From Phaeosaccion multiseriatum (taxonomy: Eukaryota > Protista > Ochrophyta, other classes), in the NCBI GenBank assembly GCA_965112735.1, contig OZ218960.1, forward strand, positions 2,790,001 through 2,854,000: 64,000 nt of DNA. Direction: 5' to 3'. The notes under the pieces were generated by a model. That model made no database searches. It worked only from the letters and a program-made list of their open reading frames with translations, and was not told the origin of the DNA. Both the position numbers and the translations under genes were made by a program. Below are positions 1 through 14,138 of this stretch, one piece after another. Position 1 is the stretch's first letter; each line of letters begins with the position of its first letter.

Positions 1-44
1 CAAGTCGACAACGAACCAACAAACGAAACAAACCCCACCCACAG

Positions 45-3000
45 GCGACCGGGCTGGTGGTGGATGTGAAGGCGTTCAACAGAAAGATGAAGAAGCTCAA
101 CACTGACCTTGTGTACAAGCAGCAGAAGTTCAACTTGCTCAGGGAGGAGAGCGAGGGGTACGCCAAGGTGCTGGTGCTGCTGTCAGGGGCGAGGGTTACC
201 AAGCAGGAGGAGCTGCAGACAAACATGCTCCGGCTCATCGGGTAAGTAGCGTTGGGACGGATGGGCAGTGTGGGGGAGGGAGGGATGGACGTAGAGAGGG
301 GATGAGTGAGTGAGTGAGTGAGTGAAGGACTTGGTGAGTACTTGAGCGAGTGAGTAGTGAGTGGATGAGAGAGTGATTGAGTGGGTGGGTGGGTGAGTGA
401 ATGAATGTACCCGTCTGCTTTTCTCTTCCTTAGGCATCGCTCTGAACTCAACCCCCACCTCCCTCCGTCCGTCCGTCCGTCCCTCCCTCCCTCCCTCCCT
501 CCCCCGTCCCTCCTCACAGCTACTTCGACCTTGACCCGAACCGCGTCTTCTCCCTCTTGCTGGAGGCCCTGGAGCAAGACTCCAGCAACTCCTCCCTCCT
601 ACACCTTGCCACCTCCTTCCGCCCCTCCTCTCTGCCGCACATCCTGGGCTTCACCTTCGCGTGGTACCAAAGGGCGGAGGTGGCGGAGGCGCTAAGGAAG
701 AAGGCCGGGGTGGCAGCTGATGGTAAGCATGGGACAACATTGACTTTGAAATGACATATTACAAGGTTGCCTTTGGTTGCGTTGCATTGGATTCGACAGG
801 AAGCCGCTCTCTCTCTCTGTGGTTTCTCTTCTCTCTATTCCCTAAACTCTCTCTCTCTCTGTTTCTCTTCTCTCTATTCCCTAAACTCTCTCTCTCTCTC
901 TGTTTCTCTTCTCTCTATTCCCTAAACTCTCTCTCTCTCTGTCTCTCTTCTCTCTATTCCCTAAACTCTCTCTCTCTCTGTCTCTCTTCTCTCTATTCCC
1001 TAAACTCTCTCTCTCTCTGTTTCTCTTCTCTCTATTCCCTAAACTCTCTCTCTCTCTGTCTCTCTTCTCTCTATTCCCTAAACTCTCTCTCTCTCTGTCT
1101 CTCTTCTCTCTATTCCCTAAACTCTCTCTCTCTCTGTCTCTCTTCTCTCTATTCCCTAAACTCTCTCTCTCTCTGTGGTTTCTCTGTCTCTCTTCTCTCT
1201 CCCCCCCCCCCCCTCTATCTCTGTTTGGTGTGTGTGTTTGTCTATCTGTGTGTATATTCTCTCCCTCTCCCCCTCTCCCCCTCCTCTCCTCTGTTTGTCT
1301 GTGTGTGTGTGTGTGTGCCCCTCCCCCCCTCCTCCCCTGTGCAGGTGGACACGGCAAGGGGGTGACCCCGAAGAGTCTCTACCACGTTGCCGCCGTCGTG
1401 CTGTCCGCGGGTAAGCCCGAGGGTCAGGGTCAGGGTCAGGGTCAGGATTACAGTCAGCTCTTAGGGTAGGGTCAGGGGAAGGGCAAGAGTCAAGGTCAGG
1501 GTCAGGGGCAGGGTCAGGGGATGGGAGGAATACATGGATGCATACGTGGGCCCTTCCACTCGCTGGCGTTTCACCGTCCCTTTCCTTCCCCTCCCTTCCC
1601 ATCCCATCTACCATTAACCTACCCTACCCTGCCCTGCCCGCACACCTCTGCTCCACCCCACTCTGCCCATACACCTCTACCCTGACCTGCCCTGCCCACA
1701 GACATGCTCCCCTTGCAAGACCTCCTCCCCCACCTGCAGCCCACACCACAGGTCATGGGGGAGGAGCAGCGTCGCTTCCAGGCACACGAGTTGGTAGTAG
1801 CCGCCAAGCTAGGCGTCGTCAACCTGTCAGGAGGGGGAGCAGACAAGGACAAGGGTGGCAAGGCAGGAGGAGGAGACAAGGGCTCTGCTGTATCACCAAC
1901 TGCTGCCCCTGCCCTTACAAACCCCATGGCCATCTGCCTGCAGACATTGTCACCAGAGCTAGAGCAAGTGCCAGGGGCGGGGGCGGGGGCCGCAGTGGGG
2001 TCGTCGTCAGCTGTTACCACGACAGGCGACTCAGCGTCTGGCTCTGGCAAGGCAGCGAAGAAAAGCGGCAAGGCAGCAGCAGGCACCGTCGACAAGACCT
2101 CCTCCACCGGTGGGAAAGACTCTTCAACCTCAGGATCAGGGTCAGGGTCAGAGGGGGCGGTGGCGGACAACCAACTGGTGGGGTTGCTGGAGGCGCTGCT
2201 CGAGCTGCGTGTGTGGGACAAGGCGCGCGAACTCATGCTGCTTATGGAGAGCGCAGGGGCGGATCCATGTCGCTTCCCAGAGATTCGCACCGCTTTGGGC
2301 AAACTCATTCACCACGTCATTAGCAAGGTGAGGGAGTTGGTGATACAGAGAGAGAGGGAGGGAGGGGTGAGGAGATATGTATGCTCGCTCCGTATTGACT
2401 GACTTTGTTATCCAAATTAACGGACTTTGTGACTGCCCCTTTACTTTCCTCTTGGCCCCCTCTTCTGTCTCTGTCTTATACCCCTCTCCCCCGTCCACTG
2501 CCATCCCCATGTTCTTCTCCTCCCCCCCCCCCCTTCGAAGGTGTACGCTCCGCTGTCTCCCTCGACACTCGGCCTCTGCACCGCAAAGGCTCCACCGACG
2601 AAAAGCATGAGCGCGACAGCGGACGCAACAGAGGCAATGGATGTGGAGCCAGCCCCCACCGCCGCGCCGACAGGAGGAGGAGGAGGAGGAGGAGGAGGAG
2701 GAGGAGTCGTTAAGAAGAAGCAGAGCCGGACCCTCGCCGCCGCGGAAGACATGACAGAGGCGGTTTCGCTTCTTGAGCCTCTCCTCAGGGCCATGGGCCC
2801 CTACCTGGGTGGCGATGTGGTGCTCTTCACCAAGCTCTGTCGCCTCCTTACCGCACGCTTCGCGGCTCTGCGATCGGCGGCAGCAGCAGCAGCAGAAGCG
2901 GCGGCGGCGGCGGGAGGAGGAGGAGGAGGAGAGGCAGATATGGCAGTGGATGGGGCAGAAGGGGCAGGGGTGGGAGTGGTGACGACAAAGGCTTCTTCAA

Positions 3001-3291
3001 AGGCCTCAACGACGGAGTACGAGGAGGCGCTGGGGCTGGTGATGAAGTACGTGGTGCCTGCATTGTCCCTCATCCCGGCCAATGTGGCGGTGAGCCTTGA
3101 AGTGTGGGACATGATCGGAAAGCTGCCGTACGAGGATAGGTACAGGTGAGGGAGTTGGTGATACAGGGGGAGGGAGGGAGGGAGGGAGGGAGGGAGGGAG
3201 GGCAAAAGGCTTGGCTGGAATCATACTCATCAACACCGCCAATCATGAACATCGATATCGATGTCATCGACCTTCCTTTCCCTTCCCCTGT

Positions 3292-3326
<35 letters not shown>

Positions 3327-6234
3327 CGTGTGTGTGTATGTGTGTATGTGTGTTGTGTACCTACGTGTACACATGGGCAGATGCTACGAGGCATGGCTGG
3401 GGCCCGGTCTGCACGAGCACGGGGTGGGCAAAGGCAAGCACTACCGCCTCAGCATTGCCGAGATTAGAACCAACTTCGCGTGTCGGAGCTTTCTACGGAG
3501 ATTGTCCAAGGAGAATGTGCGCGAGTACGGGAGGAAGCTCGCCAAGGTAGGAAGGGGAGAAGGAGGGGGGGGTAGGAGGGAGGGGTTGGGGGAGGGAGGG
3601 AGAGGGTGAAGGGACGGAGAACACTGTCAAAATACAACCCCCCCCCCCCCCCCCCGGCCTTTCCCTACCTAAACTAACCAACGCTCCTAAAATGCACGAA
3701 CGAATGGAATGGATAATGAATGAATGAATGAATGGCATCGGAATTTAAATCGAACCGAATCAGGTGTCTCACGGCAACCCCTTGGTGGTGCTGGACCTGC
3801 TCCTGTCTCGCGTGGAGGCCTACGACAACCTCATTCCTTCCGTGGTGGAGGCCCTCAAATACATGAGCAGTCTCTCCCTTGACGCCTTGAGCTTCCTCCT
3901 GGTGAGGAGGCTATCCACCAACAGCAAGGAGGTACTTGCGAGGAGCGGCATCAACCTCAGTCCGTGGCTCTCCTCGCTGGCAGGTGTGTGTGTGCGTGTG
4001 TGTGCGTGTGTGCGTGCGCCTGGGTGTGTATGGGTGTGTGTGTGTGTGGGTGGTGTGTGTGTGTGTGCGGGTGTGGGTGGGTCTCTCTCGTGCTCTCGCT
4101 CTCCTCTATCTTTATCTCCTGTCCCGTCTCTCTCCCTCTCCACCCTCCCTGTCTCTCACCCTCTCTCTTCCGCTCCTTCTCCCTCTCATCCCCTCCCCCC
4201 CTTCAGTGTTCACGGGGAGCTTCTACAAGCGGTACAGCGGTACCGAGATGCACGGCCTGTTCCACTTTATCGTAAAGTGTCTCATGGAGGGCGGGGACAA
4301 GGTCATGCTGGTGAGTGAGTGAGTGAGCGCGTGAGAGAGTGAGGCAGTGAGGGAGTGCGTAACTGTGTGAGTGGGTGCGTGCGTGACTGAGAGCGTGCGT
4401 GCCGCGGTCGGTCTGTGGGTGGGTGCAATGACCTTGACCAACCAAACAAGGAGAGGTAGAGAGAGAAGAGAGAGAGAGGTAGAGATCTTGCATTACCCCT
4501 ACTCAAACTGCCCTGGCCCTTCGCCTATGTGTCTATCATTGCCTCATGGTTGCTAATCATTGGCTTACTCCCGCTCGTTAGGTGGTGGTGCTAAAGGAGG
4601 TATTGACACGCGTGGGGGGCGTGCAGCTGCTGGAGGACATTTCGGAGCAGCAGGTGAGCCATCAAAGTGGAAACTCATACATAGATAGACCTTACGATGC
4701 CCAAGTATGCCCATTTATGGAAACTGAAAGCGCAATACTGATGCCTGACCCCCCCCCCCTCCCCCCCCCCCCACACACACACGCTCGCGCAGGTGGATGG
4801 AATGGCGGGGGGTGACACGCTCCGTGCCGAAACCGTCACTTTTGGAGTGCACGAGAGGGTAAGTGGGTGGAGAAGGGGAGGGGGTTTGGGTCGGATTGGG
4901 GTGGGGTGGGGTGGGTGAGAGGGACAAGTGAAGTAGTCAGGAGAGGGTGGGTGGGGTGGAGGAGAGAGCGTGGGAGGGAGGGACGGACGTCGCCCGCCTT
5001 TTATCTCCCCCAACGTACCCACCTACCTGCCTCCTTCCTAACTTCCTACCTACCTACCTACCTACCTACCTACCTACCTATCTACCAACCTACCTGCGTA
5101 CCTACCCACCCATCCACCTCCCCACCTCCCCACCTACCTACCTACCTACCTACCTGCCTGCTTGCGTTCCGCACCTCCGTGCGTTTGATTTCATACTGCA
5201 CGCTGCGTCGCTCTTATCCTTCCTGCCCGCATGTTTGACACTCTCTGCCCATATGCCTCTGCCCTGCCCATATGCCTCTGCTCTGCTCTGCCCATATGCC
5301 CCCACTCTGCCCTACTCTACCTTGCCCATATGCCTCTGCTATGCCCTGCCCATATGCCTCTGCTCTGCCCATATGCATATGCTCTGCCCATATGCCTCTG
5401 CTCTGCTCTGCCCATATGCCTCTGCTCTGCTCTGCTCTGCCCATATGCCTCTGCTGTGCTGTGCCCTCCCCTTTACTCTTTACTCTGCTTCTGCCCATAT
5501 GCCTCTACTCTGCTGTGGACCTCTTAACAGATCAACAAACGCGTCCTTCAGAACCTGCAGGCAGCGCTGCACAGCTCGGGCTCCATCCTGCCGCTCCTCG
5601 TCCTCGTCGCACAGCAGAGGAAGGCCCTTTTGTACGAGGGGGGTAACCCGGAGGTGAGAAGGGGGGGGGGTTAGTGCCTAGTTTGTTGACTCTTCATGTC
5701 TGAAGATGAGGGGTGCGGGTGGTTGAAGATGTCCCCTCCCCTGCCTCTTGTCTCTCTCCCTCTCTCTCACTTATGACTCATGTCGAATCTCTCCCTTTCC
5801 CCCTCCCCCCCCCTCCCATATGCCTTCAGGAGCCGAGCGGTCCCCAGCCCAACCTCAAACTACTTGGTGTCAAGTACGACACGGTGCTCAGGGCCATGGT
5901 GCAGTTGGTCGCCTTTTTGCACAACCCGGGCATGCAGGGCCTCTTTCTCAAGGTGAGGGGGGAGGACTAGGGAAAAGAGGAGGGGATGGAGGGACTAGGA
6001 GAGGGAGGAGGGGAGGGAGGGACGTAGATACTATCAGTTCAGTTCAGCCAGCCAGGATGTCCGCCCGCGACCGCCTGTACCCCCATCTCGTTGATACACA
6101 CCACCCCCACCTCTTCTTGTTGCATCAATTCCTTGCGTCCCATTCATCCTTCCACTGCCATCCTTTCCATCTCCACTCTTTCCCTTCCCCTCCCGCTGAT
6201 CTCTCTCTATGTATCTCTCTCTCTTGTCGCTCTG

Positions 6235-6301
<67 letters not shown>

Positions 6302-8026
6302 TCTCCACGCTCTGCTCTGCGCTGCTCCACAGACCCCGGGTTGCCCCTCCCTATCCACGCTGGTGCACACCCTTCACTTAGACCCGTCCGCGGCCTTTCA
6401 TCTCGTGAGGCCCCTCCTCAGAGCGGCTCTCGGACAAGCGTGGAGCAAGCAGAAGCAGCAGCTCGCAGCCGCGGCCGCCACTAGTGGCAGCAGTAGCGGT
6501 AGTGGTGCCAAGCAAGAGGAGACTGGGGAGGAGGCAGTGGAGGCGGAGAACCAACTGTCCAAGTGGGATCCAACTGGCGATGCCCTTCTCGAGGAGGTGA
6601 AGGGCTTGCTCCCCTTGGAGACTTGGGATACCATGACCCCCAAGCTTTACGCCGTGTTTTGGAGCCTCTCGCTCTACGATGTGTATGTGCCCAAGGGGTG
6701 AGTGAGGAAAGACGGAGGGAGGGAAGGAGGGGGTGAGTGAGGGAAGACGGAGGGAGGGAAGGAGGGGGTGAGTGAGGGAAGACGGAGGGAGGGAAGGAGG
6801 GGGTGAGTGAGGGAAGACGGAGGGAGGGAAGGAGGGGGTGAGTGAGGCAAGACGGAGGGAGGGAAGGAGGGGGTGAGTGAGGGAAGACGGAGGGAGGGAA
6901 GGAGGGAGGGAGGGAGGGAGGGAGGGAAGGAGGGAGGGAGGGAGGGAGGGAGGGAGGGAAGGAGGGGGTGAGTGAGGAAAGACGGAGGGAGGGAAGGAGG
7001 GGGTGAGTGAGGAAAGACGGAGGGAGGGAAGGAGGGGGTGAGTGAGGGAAGATGGAGGGAGGGAAGGAGGGGGTGAGTGAGGGAAGACGGAGGGAGGGAA
7101 GGAGGGGATGAGTGAGGGAAGATGGAGGGAGGGAAGGAGGGGGTGAGTGAGGGAAGACGGAGGGAGAGAAGGAGGGGATGAGTGAGGAAAGACGGAGGGA
7201 GGGAAGGAGGGGGTGAGTGAGGGAAGACGGAGGGAGGGAAGGAGGGGGTGAGTGAGGGAAGACGGAGGGAGGGAGGGAGGGAGGGAGTGGGTGGGTGGGT
7301 GGGTGGGTGGGTGAGCGCATGAGTGCATGTGTGAGGATCCCCGCACCCTCGTGCCGGCCCTTGCCGTCGTCTCGCTGCTCGTATTCCAAGAGCCGTTCCG
7401 AATTGTCTACTTACCCAGTGCTGTTTCTCTCTGTGTTGGGCCCCTCCCTCCCCCTCCTCCTTCTCTCCCTCCCTCTCCCTCCTTTCTCTCCCTCCCTCCC
7501 TCCCTCCCTCCCCCTCCTCCTTCTCTCCCTCCCTCTCCCTCCTCCTTCTCTCCCTCCCTCTCCCTCCCTCTCCCTTCTTTCTCTCCCTCCCTCTCCTTCC
7601 CTCTCCCTTCTTTCTCTCCCTCCCTCTCCGTCCTCCTTCTCTCCCTCCCGCTCCCTCCTCCTTCTCTCCCTCCCTCTCCCTCCTCCTTCACTCCCTCCCT
7701 CTCCGTCCTCCTTCTCTCCCTCCCTTTCCCTCCACCTTCTCTCCCTCCCTTTCCCTTCTCCTTCTCTCTCAGCCGCTACGAGGAAGAGACCTCGCGTCTC
7801 CGCTCCGCCTACTCATCTCTGAGCGAGGCAGACGCTCGTAACGACCCTGCGGACTCCGAGCTGGTGCGGGCACAGAGGAAGAAGGAGATGGCCCGAGTCA
7901 AGGCCGCCATTTCGGTGCTGGAGCAGGAGCTCGCCACGCAGCAGGTAGGTCCTGACACCATCTAGCCTCTCTCTCTATTCTCCCTCTCTCTAGTCTCGCT
8001 CTTCTCCCTCTCTCTAGTCTCGCTCT

Positions 8027-8058
<32 letters not shown>

Positions 8059-11000
8059 TCCTAACACCCTCTGTCATGACACCCACCCACCCACCCACCC
8101 ATCCCCCTCCGTCCTGACGCCCACTCACTCTGCCCCTGTCCTGACACCCCCCCACCCACCCCCCCACCCACCCCCCTCTGTCCTGACACCCCCCCCCCCA
8201 CCCCCACCCCACACAACAGGCTCACGTGAGAGACGTCAAGAAACGACTTGGCGAGATGAAGCACCAACTGTTCCACAAGGAATTCGACAAGTGGCCCCCA
8301 GCCATCAACACCCTCCTGACCCACTGCTGCTACCCCAGGTTGGGTCTGGGGCCCAACGACGCCCTCTTTGTGAGCAAGTTCTTCGGCCTGCTGCATAGTC
8401 TGAGCACGCCCTGCTTCCTCTCGGTGCAGTTCTACGATCGGATCTTCCGCTACTTGACGCCCACTCTCTTCTGCATCACAGGTGGGTGGGTGGGTGGATG
8501 GGTGGGTGGATGGATGGGTGGATGGGTGGATGGGTGGGTGGATGGGTGGGTGGGAGGAGCTCTCAATTTTGCTATTTCTCTGCTTCTCTCTCCCCCTCCG
8601 TCTCTCCCCGTCTCTCGTCTCTCCGCCTTTCTCTTCTGTTTCTCTCTCGCCCTCCCGCTCTCTCTCTCTCACTCGCCCCCTCTCCCCTCTCCACTGCCAC
8701 CCGCCGTCATCCCCCCTCCCTTTAGAATACGAGGCCAAGTGCCTGGGGTTCCTTCTCAAGGACTGTCTCAGCGTCCTTCGTCAGTGGCGCACCAATCAGG
8801 CATACTACAAGGTCAGTAGTAGGAGTTTCAGTTCGAGGTCGGGCCTTGGCCTCTTGTTTCCTTTTGTCTCTCTCTTTTGTGCTCGGTTTTGTCCTCCCCC
8901 CCCCCCTCCATTCTCTCTGGAGGGGGGGGTGGAGGAAAAAAAACTCCCCCTCTTTCTCTCTGCACATCCAACACACGACATCGAAAGACCAATCTCGTGG
9001 TCGATATTCGACATCAAGAACAATCTCGAGGTCGATATGTACCTACGCACACCAATTCAACAAAACTCATGCACGGAAGTATCGAGACATACGTAAGGTT
9101 TACAAAATCAAATTCAATCTGACCTGAAACTATCAAACTCAATCCCTCATCGGAAGGTCCACGCGGAGAACAAGCCCGGCTTCGTCGTCAAGACCAACGC
9201 ATCCGACGACAGAGCCAAGTCCGCTACAGCAAGTGGTGATACAGGTACAAGCTACAGCAACGAGAGTTTTTGTTTGTTCCCTGTACTTTTGTACTCTCCT
9301 CGCTCGTAACGCCGCCGTCCATCCATTGCGTCCTATCCTCCCCTCCCTTTGCTGAAGTCCCCCCCTTCCCCCCTCCCCTCCCTGTCATGGACTTTGTTGA
9401 TATATATTATTGTCATTGCCTACTAAACCTTTTTCATTTATGTTTCCGATCAGGTGCAGCGGTGCGGCCCATCACCTTCTCTGAGTTCACCAATATCGCC
9501 GACAAGTGGGTCAGGGGCCTGACCAACGCCACTCTCTACTGCTTCAAGGCAACCGAGGCCGTGAACATCAAGTGCGCCCTGCTCGTGCTTGGGACCATGG
9601 CAAACGTGTTTCCTTGGAAGTACAAGCAAGGTGGGGTGTGTGGGAGGGTGTGGGGGTGGGGTGGGAAGGAGTGGGGAGGAGCATGAGCAGGAGGAGCAGG
9701 AAGAGGAGGAGGAGGAGGAGGAGGAGGAGGAGGAGGAGGAGAGGGAGAGAGAGTGGGAGGGGAGGAGGAGGAGGAGGAGGAGGAGGAGGAGAGGGAGTGG
9801 GAGGGGAGGAGGAGGAAGAGGAGGAGGAGGAGGAAGAGGAGGAGGAGGAGGAGGAGCAGGAGCAGGAGCAGGAGGAGGAGCAGGAGGAGGAGCAGGAGGT
9901 GGGCGCTCATGAACTCTTACCCTGTGTCTATTGGTCCTTGCCTATTTCACTCAGAGACTGATCCCTGATTCCCCCCCCTTCCCTCCTCCTCCTCCTCCTC
10001 CTCCTCCTCCTCCTCCTCCTCCTCCTCCTCCTCCTTCCACTCCCCCTATTAGGCATGGCGCTGGAGGATGCGCTGAAGCAGCGGTCGAGCAAGGAAGTGG
10101 AGAAGAGAGAGGACCTGCGCATCATGGCTCAGTCCGTGCTCATGCTGCTGCAGAAGGCGCTGCCCAACATGATTAGAGAGAGCGGGGATGGGGGCGCAGG
10201 AGGAGGAGCAGGAGCAGGAGGAGGGGGGGGCGGGGCGGCTTCTGGACCTACTTCGATTAGCGCCTCGGGTACAGGAGGAGGAGGAGGAGGAGGGAGTAAC
10301 TCGAGGGCTGTTCCGACGGGGAAGGGCGCGGTGAAAGCGAGTGCAGGAGGGGGAGGAGGAGGAGGAGGAGGAGGAGGAGGAGGAGGAGGAGGAGGAGGAG
10401 GAGGGTCAAACACTAAGTCGAATGGAAGCAGTGGGGGCAGTGGTGGGGCTTCGAGAAGCTCTACGGCCAAGGGCGAGAACGGCTCCTCGTCTCGCAAGAG
10501 TACCGATGGAAGTGGTGGAGGAGGGGAGAAAGGGGCGATGACGTCATCATCATCATCATCAAACAAGCAGCAGCAGCTGCAGCAGTTGGTGGCACAGCAG
10601 CAGTCCAAGGACGGCAATAGCAGGGAAAGTGAGGGCGGGAAGGGGGGAGGGAGCAAGGGTGGTGGTGCCAAGACCCCGACTAGCAGTGGTAAGAGTAACG
10701 CCAAGGGCAGCTTAGAAGGGAACACACTTTCGGGAGGAGGGGCGGGGGAACGAGGAGGCGGTAGTAGTGCGAGTGCGGGTGGAGGGAAAGGGACACCGAC
10801 AGCAGGGGGTAGGGGGGTGGATAGGGGGAAGGGGGGGGGGACTGCGGCAAGCAGCAGCAGCAGCAGCAGCAGCAGCAACGGACACGGCAACGGAACCTTG
10901 GCAAGCACGAAAGGTGGGTTGGTTGGTGACTGTAATGCAGTGAGTGGGGCTGTATGTCAGTGAGTGGACAGTATGTCAGTGACCACTAGCTTGCTCGCCC

Positions 11001-11925
11001 CCCTCTTCCCCTTCCCCTCTCTGTCTCTCTCTCTCCTCTTAGTGGCAGTGGCCCTCCGGAGGTATCTCTGATTCACTCTTGCGGCTTGTGTTCGTGCGGC
11101 TCCCTCCCACTCACTCTTCTTTTCCACTCTCTTTCTTCTCTCCCATTCTCCCTCTCGCTCTCCCTCTCTCCCTCTACTCTCCTCTACCCCTTTCTCCTTC
11201 TCCCTCACCCTCTCTCGCCCCCCCCCCCCCCACACCACCCACACCACCCACACACCCCTCGCACTCAGTGCCCTCGGATAAGGAGAAGGAGAAGGAAGCC
11301 CGTGCCAAGGCCCTTGCATCCGCCAATCTCAAGAGTAGAGAGAAGAGCAAGGATAGAGATCGAGACACCAAGGACAGAGACAAGGGAAGCAAGGAGAGGA
11401 GCAGTAGAGACGAGGAGAAAGGAGGGGGCGGCGACAGTCGCAGCAGTAGCAGCAGCAGCAGGAGGAAGTCTACAGGAGCAGGAGGAGGAGGAGGAGGAGG
11501 AGGAGGAGGAGGGGGAGGTGGGGGGGGAGGAAGCGGTGGCAGTGGTGGTGGTGGTGGTGGTGGTGGTGGTGGTGGCAGTGGCCGTCCCAACAAGGGTGGG
11601 GATACCCCCCCGGACAAAGGCCTGAAGAGATCTCGTCCGGAGGAGGGAGCATCGGCGGGGGGCAGCAGCAGCGGCGGTGGCGGTGGCGGTAGCGGTGGTG
11701 GCAGTGGCAGGGGTGGAGGAGGGAGCAGTAGTAGAGGAAACAGTGGGGCCAGCGGAGGGGGAGGGGGTGTAGCTGGAAGAAGCGGGGGGGGCAAGCTGAG
11801 CGAAGAAGGGCAGCAAGGAGGAGGAGGAGGAGGAGGAGGAGGAGGAGGAGGAGGAGGAGGAGGTAGTGGCCGGAAAAGAGAACGGGAGGACACGCAAGAC
11901 AGGTGAGCGGTTATCGAGGAGGATG

Positions 11926-11998
<73 letters not shown>

Positions 11999-12735
11999 AT
12001 GTGTGTGTGTGCGTGTGTGTGTGCGCGGATCTGTCTGTATATGTGTGCGTGTGTGCGTGTCTGCGCGGGTCTGTCTGTATGTGTGTGTGCGATGTGTGCG
12101 TGTGTGTGTGCGTGTGTGCGTGTGTGTGTGCGTGTGTGCGTGTGTGCGCGGAGCCGTCTGTGTGTGTGTATGTGTGTGTGTGCACGTGTGTGTGTGAGTG
12201 CGTGCGTGTGTGCGCGGATCTCTGTGTGTGTATGCGTGTGTGTGCGCGGATGTGCAATATTTCAGTCGATTGATTCCGTTGGCCCCTACTGGTGCTCTCT
12301 CTCCTCTTGGTGCGCTTTTCTCTCTCATACACACTTTCTAAATATTCTCCCTTTTAGTTTTTATTTCTTTTTTTCCCTCTCCAAACTCTCTTGTGTTTTG
12401 TATCGCACGCACATGACAAACACAAACAAACAAACAAATACGACACCTCCTAACAAACACCAAAATGACACCTCCTCTGCAGACGCGACTACTCGGGCGG
12501 GGGGGGCAGCAAGCGGGGAAGAGCCGACGTGTCTCGGGTCGGAGGAAACGACGGGCATCAGCAGCAGTCTTTCCAAAGGAGGGGAGATGACGGTGACGAC
12601 AGGCGAGGAGGAGGGGGAGGAGGGGGTGAGAATAGGAAGTCTAGCGGGGGAGGAGGAGGAGGAGGAGGAGGGAGAGGCAACGCGCCCTCGTCGAGGTCAG
12701 GGGGAGGGGGGCGAGCAGGAGGGAAGCGACGGTAA
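45..12735 (+). CDS. THOC2: THO complex subunit 2 (TREX mRNA export), 5' part outside window; about 21 exons
   Basis: Spliced translation gives THOC2 signatures: [90 protein letters not shown], then a Gly/Ser/Lys/Arg-rich tail. In-frame GT-AG exons: 45-241, 520-722, 1345-1410, 1702-2327, 2541-3145, 3381-3546, 3764-3983, 4207-4310, 4582-4653, 4793-4858, 5531-5653, 5830-5952, 6333-6697, 7773-7944, 8220-8481, 8726-8811, 9157-9244, 9454-9630, 10053-10913, 11269-11902, 12483-12735 (TAA). Confidence 0.95.
805..1175. repeat. Intronic minisatellite, about 39-41 bp unit (TCTCTTCTCTCTATTCCCTAAACTCTCTCTCTCTCTG), about 9 copies
   Basis: Directly visible tandem copies in the THOC2 intron 723-1344. Confidence 0.9.
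5245..5515. repeat. Intronic degenerate tandem repeat GCCCATATGCCTCTGCTCT
   Basis: About 10 copies of CCCATATGC in the THOC2 intron 4859-5530. Confidence 0.85.
6698..7275. repeat. 35-bp minisatellite GTGAGTGAGGGAAGACGGAGGGAGGGAAGGAGGGG starting at the splice donor
   Basis: Roughly 15 tandem units, most carrying GG|GTGAGT. Confidence 0.9.
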
Positions 12736-14138
12736 GGAAGTTGGACGTAACGTGCGGGTACGATATATCACATGGGCGCACCGGATGGATAAGTCAAGGG
12801 AAGTGGGGAGGGGGAGGGTGGAGGGCATCAGGACAGGGGCACTTGACGGTGTAGAGAATAGTGCGGGCGGGGAGGATGTGGAGGAGGCATACGAGTGGAG
12901 AATCCATGTAAAGGGTGGTGGAGCTGGGAGGAGGAGGAGTAGTAGAGCGAGGAGGAGGAGGAGGAGAGCGAGGAGGAGAAGGGTGCGAATGGAGGAAAGG
13001 CAGGTCCTAGAAGAGGAGAATATGAGAGCTTGGCATTGAGCCCTGCGTGTAGGAGGAGAGGAGGATGTGTCGGGGCGCGAGAAGGGGAGTAGGCGGCACG
13101 AGGGCCACATGCGCGGGACTCTCCCTCCGTGGAGTGGGAGTCCCCTGGTGGGGTCTAGCTTTGGCATTGCTTGCGCAAGCAGCGTTTGCTTGAATCACAA
13201 AACACACGTGGACCCACTCTCCCCCTTTTGTGCCCAAGCAGAAGAACAAGGAGTCGCTGTGTCATTGGCCGTCGGTTGGTCGGTTGAAGGAGGGCACTTT
13301 TGAGAATAAGAATAAGAATACATGGGCCGCTCCAAACACTGAGTTCCAAGCGCGAGAGGGAGGTCAACTACATGTAATGTTAATTTCATATTCACCCACC
13401 CAGCAGGAGAGGATCAAGAGACCCTGCAGTGCCCGCCCACAAGCACAAGTGCACGAAACGAACGAAACGACGCGCGACAGTGTCCTCCTCCTCCTCCTCC
13501 TCCTCCTCCTCCTCCTCCTCCTCCTCCTCCTCCATACACGACTTCCTACTGCACTGGCCTTTGCTTGGCCTGGCGGCTCCTCTCCCTCTCCTTCCCCCTC
13601 TCCGCTCCGTTCCCTCTCCAATCCTCTCCTCCGCTTTCATGCCTTGAAGCCAAGCAATCTCGTGGGAGACCACGAGGCCATGCCCCCGGGGTGCACGAAA
13701 CCCCGATGACCTCCTCCCAGTCCGAGAGCCGTCATGCGCTTCCCAGCCAATGGTGCTGCTGCCGCCACTGCCGCCGCTGATGCCGCTGCTGCCGCTATTC
13801 GCTCCCCTGCAGGAGGGACGGTGAGGCGGGTGAGGGGGAGAGGGACGGAGGCATTATGTTGTTAGGTACCTAATGCTATCATGATTCGAATCGAAGGAGC
13901 TGACTTGGTATCTGATGGCAGCTGCGGATACTTCAGGGGATCTAGAGAGGGGAGTCCTCTTCGTGGAGGCTACGTCGGTCAAACTTCGCCAGCAACAGTA
14001 CTAAGGGCAAACGCTGCCTTCTCAGAAGGATTCGAAAGAGCACCGACGCCCTTGCACGCCATCACACCCGAGAGAGTGACCACAAAAGGGCTATATACAG
14101 AAAGGGGGCGGGGGAGCAAACATCAACCTTCGCCCCAG

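Noticed and set aside
11903-13039. 378-aa ORF as the THOC2 C-terminus
   Set aside because: It starts in a (GT)n intron. Splice phase selects the other frame, which ends at 12735.
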